DNA from: Hyalangium minutum
Lineage (GTDB): Bacteria; Myxococcota; Myxococcia; Myxococcales; Myxococcaceae
Direction of reading: 5' to 3'
DNA: 64,000 bases
Assembly (NCBI RefSeq): GCF_000737315.1
Contig: NZ_JMCB01000002.1
Location: 558,001 to 622,000, forward strand
The translations under genes were made by a program, and so were the position numbers. The notes under the pieces were generated by a model that made no database searches, was not told the DNA's origin, and was given only the letters and a program-made list of their open reading frames with translations. Of the stretch, positions 26,487 to 35,409 are shown piece after piece (positions within the stretch are counted from its first letter, which is position 1; each line of letters opens with the position of its first letter).

Positions 26487-27641
26487 GGTGAGCGGAAGCG
26501 CGCCCCGGGGACACTCCACCGGCTCGCAGCGCCCCTGGCCGTGGGCTTCGCAGCAGTAGAGCGGCTCCCGGCGCTCGTTGAGGAAGTGCATGCTCCAGCC
26601 GGTGGGGAAGACCTCCAGCACGGCGAACCCCCAGGCCGTGGAACCGAAGCGCAGGCGCGCTCCCGGAGCGGGCTCGGGGCCGAACTTCTCGAAGCGGGTC
26701 TTCGCCGCGCTCCCAGACACGAACACGTCGTAGCCCTTCGCCGTGACGGAGTGTTGCAAGTCGTGGTCGTGACCGGACAGCCAGGCGTCGATGCGGCCCG
26801 CCTCTTCCAGGCGACGCGCACGTTCCTGGTACGCCGGGGTGAGTGTCTCTGGCTGGTGCTTACCCGCCGTCACGGACATGTGGTGCGACACCAGGAAGCA
26901 CCGGCGCTCACCACAGCCCGCCACGGCCTCCTTCACGAAGGCCAGCTCCTCCTCGAACGAGAATGCATAGTCGTCGTGCGCCAGCGTGTTCGAGTCGAAG
27001 AGGACGAACCGCGCTGTGGGCGTGTCGACCACGAAGTGCCGTCCCGGCATGGTCCAGTTCGGCCCTTGGTGCGCCACCTCCAGGCACGCCTTCAGCCGCG
27101 AGGTGCGGGTGGGCACCTTGCCAGTCCAGAAGCACGACCGGGAGTAGCCCGCATCGTGGTTCCCCAGCACCGTGTGGATGGGCAGTGGGGAGCCATCCGC
27201 CCGCTTCAGATCCTCCAGCGGCGCGTGGAACACGGCCTGGAACTGCTTGTCCTCCGGCGGCTGGTAGCCGGGCGTGACGGTGTTTTCGTCCGCGCTGAAG
27301 GTGCAGTCCTCGGCTCCGGGCAGGGACAACTCCGGGCCGCACGGGTACAGGTTGTCCCCGAGCAGCAGGCCGAAGTCGAACGGCTTGGCGCGGTGCTCCT
27401 CGGCCATGGCGCGCGCCACGGCCGTCTGTTGCCGGCCATGGAGGCCAAAGTCTCCGAACACCAGCACCCGCACCAGCGGCGCCGGTGTCCGCTCGAGCGT
27501 GGGCGCGGGCGGCGCGGGATCCGCGACGTACGTCTCCCGCTGCACGTAGCTCCACGTCACGATCGCGGCGGGCGCCAGCAGCGCCACCACCGCGAGGGTC
27601 AGGGTGACGCTGAGGCGCCGCTTGGACGGAGCAGGGCGGAT
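26478..27641 (-). CDS. Metallophosphoesterase (purple acid phosphatase-like), N-terminally anchored; start codon uncertain
   Basis: GDFG, GDNLY, GNHD, SHH and GHDH motifs. The frame stays open upstream of GTG 27590 as far as an ATC at 27641. Confidence 0.85.
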   Translation of the reverse strand: MRPAPSKRRLSVTLTLAVVALLAPAAIVTWSYVQRETYVADPAPPAPTLERTPAPLVRVLVFGDFGLHGRQQTAVARAMAEEHRAKPFDFGLLLGDNLYPCGPELSLPGAEDCTFSADENTVTPGYQPPEDKQFQAVFHAPLEDLKRADGSPLPIHTVLGNHDAGYSRSCFWTGKVPTRTSRLKACLEVAHQGPNWTMPGRHFVVDTPTARFVLFDSNTLAHDDYAFSFEEELAFVKEAVAGCGERRCFLVSHHMSVTAGKHQPETLTPAYQERARRLEEAGRIDAWLSGHDHDLQHSVTAKGYDVFVSGSAAKTRFEKFGPEPAPGARLRFGSTAWGFAVLEVFPTGWSMHFLNERREPLYCCEAHGQGRCEPVECPRGALPLTSR

Positions 27642-27644
27642 GGA

Positions 27645-28979
27645 CTACCCCGCAGCGCGGATGGACTCGCGGAGGACCTCGGTCATGCGGCGCAGCTCGT
27701 CCGGCGTGGAGATGAACGGCGGGCCCATGGCGAGGATGTCGCCCGTGAAGCGGAACAGCACGCCCCGCTTGAGCGCCTCCTCGAACACCTTGAGGGCGCG
27801 CAGGCCAGGCTTGCCCTCGATGGGCGCCAGCTCCACCGCCGCCGCCAGCTGGCAGTTGCGGATGTCGATGACGTTGGGCTCGCCCTTCAGCGAATGCGCC
27901 GCGTCCTCCAGCACCGGCACCAGGGACTTCACGCGCTCGTTGATGCCCTCGGTGGCCAGGATGTCCAGCGTGGCGTGCGCGGCGGCCACCGCCAGCGGGT
28001 GCCCCGAGTACGTGTACCCGTGGAAGAACTCCACCGCGTGCTCCGGGCCCGTCATCAGCGTGTCGTACAGGTCCTTGCGGGCGATGACGCCGCCCATGGG
28101 CACCGTGCCGTTGTTCACGCCCTTGGCGAAGGTGATCATGTCGGGCGTCACGCCGAAGTGCTGCGCCGCGAAGTGGGTGCCCATGCGGCCAAAGCCGGTG
28201 ATCACCTCGTCGAAGATGAGCAGGATGCCGTTCTTGGTGCAGATCTCCCGCAGCCGCTCCAGGTAGCCCTTGGGCGGGACGATGACGCCGGTGGAGCCCT
28301 GCATGGGCTCGACGATGACGGCGGCGATGGTGGAGGCGTCATGCAGGGCGATGAGCCGCTCCAGCTCGTTGGCCAGGTGCGCGCCCCAGGTGGGCTCGCC
28401 CTTGGTGAAGGCCATCTCCTTGGGGTTGTACGTGTGGGGCAGGTGGTCCACGCCCGTCAGCATGGCCGAGGCGTACATCTTCCGGTTGGCCACCATGCCG
28501 CCCACGGAGATGCCGCCAAAGCCCACGCCGTGGTAGCCGCGCTCGCGGCCGATGAAGCGGGTGCGGCTCGCCTCACCCTTGGTGCGGTGGTAGGCCAGGG
28601 CCATCTTCATCGAGGTGTCCACCGCCTCGGAGCCCGAGTTCACGAAGAACACCTGGCCCATGCCCGCTGGCGCCATGCCGACGATGCGCTCGGCCAGCTT
28701 GAAGGTGGGGCCGTAGCCCATCTGGAACGCGGGGCTGTAGTCCACGCTGTCCAGCTGCTGCTTGACGGCCTCGACAATCTTGGGGTGGCGGTGGCCCAGC
28801 CCGCAGCACCACAGGCCGGACAGGGCGTCGAAGAGCTTCTCGCCCTCGGTGGTCCAGTAGTAGGCGCCCTCGGCCTTGGCCAGCATGCGGCGCGAGTGGT
28901 GCTGCTTGAAGTAGCGGTTGTGGGTGAACGGCATCCAATACGCCGCCAACTCCCGATCGTTCGGCTCGAGGCTTCCCAT
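27645..28979 (-). CDS. Class III PLP aminotransferase (omega-amino acid/beta-alanine:pyruvate type)
   Basis: YWMPFT, GLWCCGLGH, NSGSEAVD, YHG, DEVITGFGR, FAKG (PLP lysine), GYTYSGHP. Confidence 0.9.
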   Translation of the reverse strand: MGSLEPNDRELAAYWMPFTHNRYFKQHHSRRMLAKAEGAYYWTTEGEKLFDALSGLWCCGLGHRHPKIVEAVKQQLDSVDYSPAFQMGYGPTFKLAERIVGMAPAGMGQVFFVNSGSEAVDTSMKMALAYHRTKGEASRTRFIGRERGYHGVGFGGISVGGMVANRKMYASAMLTGVDHLPHTYNPKEMAFTKGEPTWGAHLANELERLIALHDASTIAAVIVEPMQGSTGVIVPPKGYLERLREICTKNGILLIFDEVITGFGRMGTHFAAQHFGVTPDMITFAKGVNNGTVPMGGVIARKDLYDTLMTGPEHAVEFFHGYTYSGHPLAVAAAHATLDILATEGINERVKSLVPVLEDAAHSLKGEPNVIDIRNCQLAAAVELAPIEGKPGLRALKVFEEALKRGVLFRFTGDILAMGPPFISTPDELRRMTEVLRESIRAAG

Positions 28980-28994
28980 GGCACTCTCCGGCTT

Positions 28995-29040
28995 GGACTG
29001 TCCCCCCTCCCTATCGCATCCCTGGGAAGTGGGACAGTCC
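28995..29040. repeat. 10-bp perfect inverted repeat in the aminotransferase leader
   Basis: GGACTGTCCC-N26-GGGACAGTCC. Confidence 0.7.
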
Positions 29041-29115
29041 TCGGTGCACCCAGGAGAGGCGCAGGACGCAGGAGGGGCGAGAGAGCAGCCGGGGCCCAGG
29101 GCTCGCCGCTGGCGC

Positions 29116-32100
29116 CTACGCGGGGGGAGGGGCGGAAGCCGTCAGCCCCTCGAAGTGGCCCTTGAGGCGTCCCGCGAAGCGGTCTGCCGCCTCGGGCGGG
29201 AGCTGGGAGCACGTCTGCAGGTGGAGGCTGCCGTCGAGCACGTAGCAGTAGACGGCGAGGGCCGGGATGTCCTGCAGCACCTTGACGCTCCGCATCTTGA
29301 AGCGCCCGAGGTTGGAGTCGAGAACGCCCAGGTTGACGATGAAGAGGCGGCCCGGCGCGGTGAACATCTCCCACACCCCGGGGATCCAGAGCAGCTTGGC
29401 TACCGCTCCAAAGCCGTCCGCCATCTTGTTGTAGTGCGCGGGCTCCATGCCCGCGTAGGTCCGCTTGTCGACATAGGCCTGGTGTTCCTGGTGGAAGTGG
29501 CGGGCCAGCTCCCAGAAGCCGGTCGCCGGGCCGACGTCCAGCACGAACTTCGGATAGGTGGCGTAGTACCCCAGCGTGTCAGTCGGGAGGTTGAGCAGCG
29601 GCCGTGCGTCGAACGAGCCCACGAGCATCAAGCGGTGGGGCTTGGGGGCCGGGCAGAAGAGCTCCCGCGCGGTGAGGCACAGCGCCGCCGACAGGGCTCC
29701 GGTCACCGAGCTCTGCTGGCGGGCCGCGGTGCCCAGCACCTGGCGCGTCGCGTCTCGGCCCATCGTCACCATGCGGGACGCGCCTGCCACCGAGATCTCC
29801 TGATCCCGCTTCTTCTGGGCTCCGAACGGCGCCTTGAACTTGTTCACCCGGAAGACCTCCAGGGGGGAGAGGACCTCCTGGCCGGTCTTGGCGACACCCT
29901 CCTCGGGGTGAAGGGCTACCGGAGCCAGGCCTCTCGCCGGTAGCTGGGAGAACAGGTCCTCGCGCGCGGCCGGGAGCGGCTGGGGCTTGACGTCCACAGG
30001 CGCCCCGGTCAGCAGCCGCTCGTAGATGTCGAACAGATCGCGCACCAGCATCACGAAGGCGTGAACCTCGAGGTAGCAGTGCCAGATGATGGGGATGACT
30101 TGGTAGGCCTCGGGCTCGCCCTTCGAGCGGATGAAGAGGATCTTCTTCTGCCCGGGGTCGCGCAGGTGGCGAGCGACGAGCTGCTCCAGCGGCTCCGTTC
30201 CCATCTCGGGGAGGAACACGAGCTCCAGCTGGCGGCCCGGCTGGTACTCCAGGAAGAACTCGCCGCGCTTCTTCTCGACGATGGAGGCACCCAGATAGGG
30301 GTAGCGCTTCTCCAGCAGCGCGGCCGCCTGCCGCATCCGCTCCGGATCGATGGAGCCCTCGATGTCCATCACGGGGTTGATGTGCAGGAGCCCCCGGCGG
30401 TTGGCCTGATAGACCAGGGACTCGAAGGCACCCAGGCGCCGCTGCACGGTCGCGCTCCAGGAGGCCAGCAGCGCGCCGTTCAGGAGCGGAGGGGCTTCCT
30501 GGCGGGTGGGCACGTCACCCTGGGGCTCGGTGGGCGCCTGCGCGATCGCCTGGGCGATCTTCTCGATCGTGTTGTGCTGGACCAGGAAGTTCGGGTCCAG
30601 CTTGAGCTGGAACTCTGTCTCCAGCTCCCGGAGGAGCGTGATGAACAAGATGGAGTCCAGCCCCAGGCTCCACAGGGTCGCCGTGGCGGGCAGCGGGCCC
30701 TCGGCCGACACGCTGATCCCCTGGACGATCTTCGAGACACGCTCGACGACGCCGGTGCGAGGACGGGCGCGCGGGGCGGGAGCCGCCGCTCCGGGCGTGA
30801 CGCCGTCCCGAGGAGCCTTCTGGGCCTCCCGGTTCTTCAGGCGGAGCTTGTCCACCTTGAAGGTGCCCGTCATCGGCATCTCGTCGATGAACTCCACCTC
30901 GACAGGGACCTTGTAGCCCGCCAGGTGTCCCCGGCAGAAAGCCGTCACCTCTCGCGGGGACAGGGAGTGTCCTGACCGGAGGCGGATGACCGCCTTGACC
31001 ACCTCTCCCGCCGTGGGGTTTGGGATGCCGTAGACTGCGGCCTGCTGCACCGCCGGATGGAGCGCGAGGACACGCTCGACCTCGCTCGGGTACACGTTCT
31101 CCCCGTACGAGATGATCATGTCCTTCTTGCGGCCCGCGATGGTCAGGTAGCCGTCGGGCCGGATCGTCGCGAGGTCTCCTGTCTTGAACCAGCCATCCTG
31201 GAAGGACTCCCGGGTCGCGGGGCCGTCATTGAAGTAGCCGTTGAAGACCGTCAGGCCGCGGATCCACACCTCCCCTGGCGTCTGGTTGTCGCGAGGCACG
31301 TCCGCGCCCCGGTCATCGACGATGCGCACCTCCATGAGCTTGAACGGCCGGCCGGAGGTGGCGATCAGCTCGAACTGCTCGGCGCGGGTGCGCTGGCGGT
31401 GTTCCTCTGAGAGGAGCGACATGGAGATCTTTCCGCAGCACTCCGTCATGCCGTAGGACATGAAGATCTCGCAGCCGAAGAGCTGGATGAGCTTGTCCAC
31501 CGAGGCGGCGTCGAGGGCCGAGCCTCCGCAGGAGAGGATCCGCAGCCGGCTGAAGTCGTGCGTTCCCACATCGGGGCTGTGGATGAGGAAGTGGGCCGCG
31601 GCCGCGGCGAGGTTCGTGCAGGTGATGCGCTCGCTGGCGAGCAGCCGCAAGAAGTGGGTGGGGTCCGGCTCCGAGACGATGACGTGCTGTCCACCCAGCC
31701 ACGTCAGTGCGTAGATCGCGAAGGCATCCACCACATGGTACATGGGCGAGAAGTGCCCCCAGACATCCTCGCCGGTGATGCGCATCTCCTCGGCGGTCGC
31801 GATGGCGTGGTGGAACACCTGGCGATGGGAGAGGAGCACGCCCTTGGGGAAGCCCGTCGTGCCGCTCGTGTAATAGAGCTGGAACGCATCGAACTCGGTT
31901 CCCCGGTTCGGGACGAAGGGAGCGGCTGAACCGGCGAGGGCCTCCTCGTAGCCGCGCGAAGTGGCGAGCTTCGAGGCCTGCTCGGGGAGCGTCTGGCGCT
32001 CCGGGCCGCTGTCGACCCACAGGACGCCGCTGAGGTTCAGCCCTCCGAGCCCCACGGCTTCTGACAGGGTCTGCGCGAAGTCCGCCGAGGTGATGATCCA

Positions 32101-35100
32101 GCTCACGCCCGACTGCTGGAAGATGTGGTGCACCTCTCTCGCGGTGAGCCTCACGTTGACGTTCAGCACGACGGCTCGCAGCCCGGACGCAGCGAAGTGC
32201 GTCTCGATGACCTCCGAGCGGTTGCGGAGCATCACCCCCACGACCTTGCCGGGGCCCACGCCTTGCTCGCGGAGGAACTGCGCGAGCCGCGACGCCCGGG
32301 CATGCAGCTCGCCATAGGTGTGCTGCCGGGCGCCGTCCCGGATCGCCACACGCTCCGCGAAGTGCTCCTTCGCACGCTCGATGACGGCCCACATGTCCGC
32401 GGGCGGTCCCTCGATGGAAGGGAGCTGAGGAGTCTTTCTGGGCACGGGGACTGCCGCCGACGTGAGCGCCCCTCGGAAGAAGTATGACTTCTTCTCGGGA
32501 TCGACGAGGCACTCGATGAGCGTGCTCTGCCCCGCCTCCCAGGCGGCACGCGCGGCCTGAACGCACGGGGCCAGCTCCTCGGGGGTGGACACCGAGGCGA
32601 AGCGCAGGCCCGGGTGCCGGTCCTTGAACGCGCTCAGATCGAACTCGGCGAGCTGGGTGCAGACCTCCGGCCGGTTCGTCGCCCGTTGAATGTCGCCGAT
32701 CATTCCCAGGCGGCGGTCCCGGAGCACGACGGTGATGATGGCCGGGGCGCCGGGCTCGCCCAGCAGGCCCTTGAGCCCCGTCATCAGGAACGCGCCATCG
32801 CCTACGAACGACACCACGGGTACCGACGGATGCGACCAGGCGGCGCCAATCGCGGCGGGGACCGAGTACCCCATGCTGTTGTAGTCCGCAGGGCAGAGGA
32901 ACCGGTCCGGCGCGGTGAGCCGGAGCGCCTCGATCGCGTGAATCGTCCCATTGCCCGAGTCCGCGCAGAAGATCGTCTCGGGAGGCAGCTGTGCCTGGAC
33001 CGTGCGGACGAGCTCATAGGGGTCCAGCCCGCTCCCATGCTGCTTCCGGCTGCGGAGGTCCTCTTCCACCCAGGCGTGGGCCGCCCGGAGCCGCTCCACG
33101 AGGCCATCCGCACGGCGCGGGAAGTCACCGCGGTAATGCCTGTCGAGGTGCTTCAGCAAGGCCTGGAGGAAGGCCTTGGCATCCGCAGTGATACCGATCG
33201 CGGCCGCCGCCTTGTTGGGGACCGCCGGGTCGATGTCCACGTGGAAGCAGTACGCCGGGAAGCGGGCACGGTAATGAGCACTTCCCAGCTCACTGAGCCG
33301 TGCTCCGAGGATGAGCGCGCCGTCGCACTCCTCCGCGAGGGTCTTCATGGGGGGAGGGGACAGGGGACCGAAGCCGCTCCACAACCACAAGGGGTCCGTC
33401 TCGGGGAACACGCCCTTGCCGGAGAGCGTCGAGGCGACGACGGCGCCTGTCCGGTGAGCCAGCTCCACGAGCTCGGCGGAGCCCTCGCGTGCGCCGCGTC
33501 CCACGAAGATCACGGGCTGCTTCGCGCGGATGAACATCTGCGCCACGGCATCCAGCGCGGCCTCCGTGGGAGTGGCGGCTGGAGCCTCGGGTTGGACCTT
33601 CAAGGCGACAGCGGACGCAGCGGTGGACTCCGCCGTGAAGGTGGCCGGGCACACGAGACAGACAGGGCCCGGAGCCGAGGCCGTGCTGCGCTGGACCGCT
33701 TCCTTCAGGGCGCCCGCCAGCTCCTCGGCCGAGGCGATGACTGTCACCGACTTCGACAGGTGTCTCAGGGAGCCCAGCCACGGCTCGGGAGGAGAGGAGG
33801 CCACGATCAGGACGACGAGGGGAACCTGGTCGAGGTGGGCCTCACCGACTCCCGACAGGACCGAGGAGAGCGCCCACTCTTCCGGGAGGATGAGGGCAGC
33901 GGGCTGCTTGGAGGAGCGTGAGGCTCCGTCCGCGACAAATCCCAGGTTCTGGTCATGGCGCACGGCCTTGACCGGCACTCCGTCCGAGGACAGGGCCGCG
34001 GCCGCGGCCTGCAGCCGTCCGTCCCCGGCGATGAACACGGAGCCAAGCCCGCTGCCCTGGACGCCTTGCTTGAGGGCTGAGAGCCACGAGGCACTGAGGG
34101 CGATGGGGCTGGGAGCCACCACCCGGGGCGCGGCCTGCTCGACCTCGCAGATGACGACCTCGGGAGTGCGCATCGTCTCCACGAGCTCCCGAGCCAGAGA
34201 GGCATCGTCCTGGGCTCGTAGGAGCCGGACGCGGGTCAGCTTCGCGATGAGCTCGACGGTGCCCTCTGGAGCGGAGCCGCGCTCGACCCGAATCACGAGG
34301 GGGAGGCGCCGCTCGGCCGCCAGGGTGAGTTCGGGCGCGAAGGCCATGAGCGAGTCGGCATCCGTGAGCGCGATCGCAAGCTGCTGCGAGAACGCGGCGC
34401 CCAACGCCAGTGCCACCGCGCCTCGGCGAGAGGGGACGCCCTGGTGGTTCACATCGCTGACGGCGTAGAGCCCACTGCGGCTCACGGCAGCCGCACACGT
34501 CTCCAGCGCGCGGGCCAGCTCCGGAGTGAGGTCGGCGTTCTTCCACTCGGGAGTCTTCGCGGAGGGGCTCACGGCCCGTGGGGCGCCGCGGAAGACCGAT
34601 GGACGCCGGAGCAGGTGCATGGGCACCTCGAGCGCACACGGACCGGGCTCGCCGCCCAGCGCTGTCTCCACGAGCCGTGCCACGACTTCGTGCACATCAT
34701 CGGTCTCGGTCAGGCGGTGGGTCGCCTTGCAGAGCGGCGCGAGGACGCCCAGGTTGTCCACATCATGCAGTTGGTACGAGCGGCCCTCGTCCCGCGCGCA
34801 GCCCGTCGTGAGGACGAGGAGCGGCGTCCGGGTGCGAGACGCGAACTCGATGCCCGGCAGTGCGTGGGTGATGCCGGGGCCGCCGATGACGTTGACGCAG
34901 CCGAGCTGGCCGCTGCTCTGGTACTGCCCTGCGGCGAGGTACGCCGCGCTCGCCTCGTTGGCGATGAGCACGGGCTCCAGCACGCCGCGCCCGAGCATCT
35001 CGTACAGGCGCAGGTTCTGGACTCCCGGAATCCCAAAGCAGCGAGTGATTCCCGCGGCCCGGAGTGCCATTCCGAGGAGCTGGGTGGTGTCGTAGGTCTC

Positions 35101-35193
35101 GTTGGGCTGGGGCTGCTCGAACAGCTCACTTTGTATCCGCATGCTTCGCCTCGCATCTCCCATGCTTCCCGCCATGCCGGGAGAGATAACCAT
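29116..35193 (-). CDS. Multidomain biosynthetic protein: duplicated ThDP-dependent (ALS-like) unit, acyl-adenylate ligase, carrier protein, condensation/PapA5-like acyltransferase
   Basis: FGIPG and NEASA (PYR), GDGAFLM (PP), YYTSGTTGFPKG, YGMTE, TGD and GRKKD (ANL ligase), LGLDSIL (Ppant serine), and a C-terminal CAT-fold-like region (WHCYLEV, VNLG). 2025 aa uninterrupted; the start could also be 35163 or 35141. Confidence 0.85.
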   Translation of the reverse strand: MVISPGMAGSMGDARRSMRIQSELFEQPQPNETYDTTQLLGMALRAAGITRCFGIPGVQNLRLYEMLGRGVLEPVLIANEASAAYLAAGQYQSSGQLGCVNVIGGPGITHALPGIEFASRTRTPLLVLTTGCARDEGRSYQLHDVDNLGVLAPLCKATHRLTETDDVHEVVARLVETALGGEPGPCALEVPMHLLRRPSVFRGAPRAVSPSAKTPEWKNADLTPELARALETCAAAVSRSGLYAVSDVNHQGVPSRRGAVALALGAAFSQQLAIALTDADSLMAFAPELTLAAERRLPLVIRVERGSAPEGTVELIAKLTRVRLLRAQDDASLARELVETMRTPEVVICEVEQAAPRVVAPSPIALSASWLSALKQGVQGSGLGSVFIAGDGRLQAAAAALSSDGVPVKAVRHDQNLGFVADGASRSSKQPAALILPEEWALSSVLSGVGEAHLDQVPLVVLIVASSPPEPWLGSLRHLSKSVTVIASAEELAGALKEAVQRSTASAPGPVCLVCPATFTAESTAASAVALKVQPEAPAATPTEAALDAVAQMFIRAKQPVIFVGRGAREGSAELVELAHRTGAVVASTLSGKGVFPETDPLWLWSGFGPLSPPPMKTLAEECDGALILGARLSELGSAHYRARFPAYCFHVDIDPAVPNKAAAAIGITADAKAFLQALLKHLDRHYRGDFPRRADGLVERLRAAHAWVEEDLRSRKQHGSGLDPYELVRTVQAQLPPETIFCADSGNGTIHAIEALRLTAPDRFLCPADYNSMGYSVPAAIGAAWSHPSVPVVSFVGDGAFLMTGLKGLLGEPGAPAIITVVLRDRRLGMIGDIQRATNRPEVCTQLAEFDLSAFKDRHPGLRFASVSTPEELAPCVQAARAAWEAGQSTLIECLVDPEKKSYFFRGALTSAAVPVPRKTPQLPSIEGPPADMWAVIERAKEHFAERVAIRDGARQHTYGELHARASRLAQFLREQGVGPGKVVGVMLRNRSEVIETHFAASGLRAVVLNVNVRLTAREVHHIFQQSGVSWIITSADFAQTLSEAVGLGGLNLSGVLWVDSGPERQTLPEQASKLATSRGYEEALAGSAAPFVPNRGTEFDAFQLYYTSGTTGFPKGVLLSHRQVFHHAIATAEEMRITGEDVWGHFSPMYHVVDAFAIYALTWLGGQHVIVSEPDPTHFLRLLASERITCTNLAAAAAHFLIHSPDVGTHDFSRLRILSCGGSALDAASVDKLIQLFGCEIFMSYGMTECCGKISMSLLSEEHRQRTRAEQFELIATSGRPFKLMEVRIVDDRGADVPRDNQTPGEVWIRGLTVFNGYFNDGPATRESFQDGWFKTGDLATIRPDGYLTIAGRKKDMIISYGENVYPSEVERVLALHPAVQQAAVYGIPNPTAGEVVKAVIRLRSGHSLSPREVTAFCRGHLAGYKVPVEVEFIDEMPMTGTFKVDKLRLKNREAQKAPRDGVTPGAAAPAPRARPRTGVVERVSKIVQGISVSAEGPLPATATLWSLGLDSILFITLLRELETEFQLKLDPNFLVQHNTIEKIAQAIAQAPTEPQGDVPTRQEAPPLLNGALLASWSATVQRRLGAFESLVYQANRRGLLHINPVMDIEGSIDPERMRQAAALLEKRYPYLGASIVEKKRGEFFLEYQPGRQLELVFLPEMGTEPLEQLVARHLRDPGQKKILFIRSKGEPEAYQVIPIIWHCYLEVHAFVMLVRDLFDIYERLLTGAPVDVKPQPLPAAREDLFSQLPARGLAPVALHPEEGVAKTGQEVLSPLEVFRVNKFKAPFGAQKKRDQEISVAGASRMVTMGRDATRQVLGTAARQQSSVTGALSAALCLTARELFCPAPKPHRLMLVGSFDARPLLNLPTDTLGYYATYPKFVLDVGPATGFWELARHFHQEHQAYVDKRTYAGMEPAHYNKMADGFGAVAKLLWIPGVWEMFTAPGRLFIVNLGVLDSNLGRFKMRSVKVLQDIPALAVYCYVLDGSLHLQTCSQLPPEAADRFAGRLKGHFEGLTASAPPPA

Positions 35194-35199
35194 GTCCCG

Positions 35200-35409
35200 T
35201 CAGGGGACCTCTTGTCGTGCGAACCCACGGAAGACCCCGGTGGGTCTCCCCTGCTCATCCCACGAGACCACGTGAAGGGTCTGCCGGCCGTCCCGGGTAC
35301 CCTTCCTTCGGGCGAAGACCTGCACCGGTCCTCGGGGGACAGCGTAGAGATCCGCGGCCTCGATCTCCAGGGGCAGCAAGGTCCTCGCGCAGGACATCAC
35401 TCCCTTCAC
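35200..35409 (-). pseudogene. Remnant of the C-terminal half of a PKS dehydratase (hot-dog) domain
   Basis: LLPLEIEAADLY...VQVFAR...HVVSWDEQGRP..VFRGF matches the PKS-DH C-terminal pattern; the catalytic His and Asp portion is absent. Confidence 0.55.
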
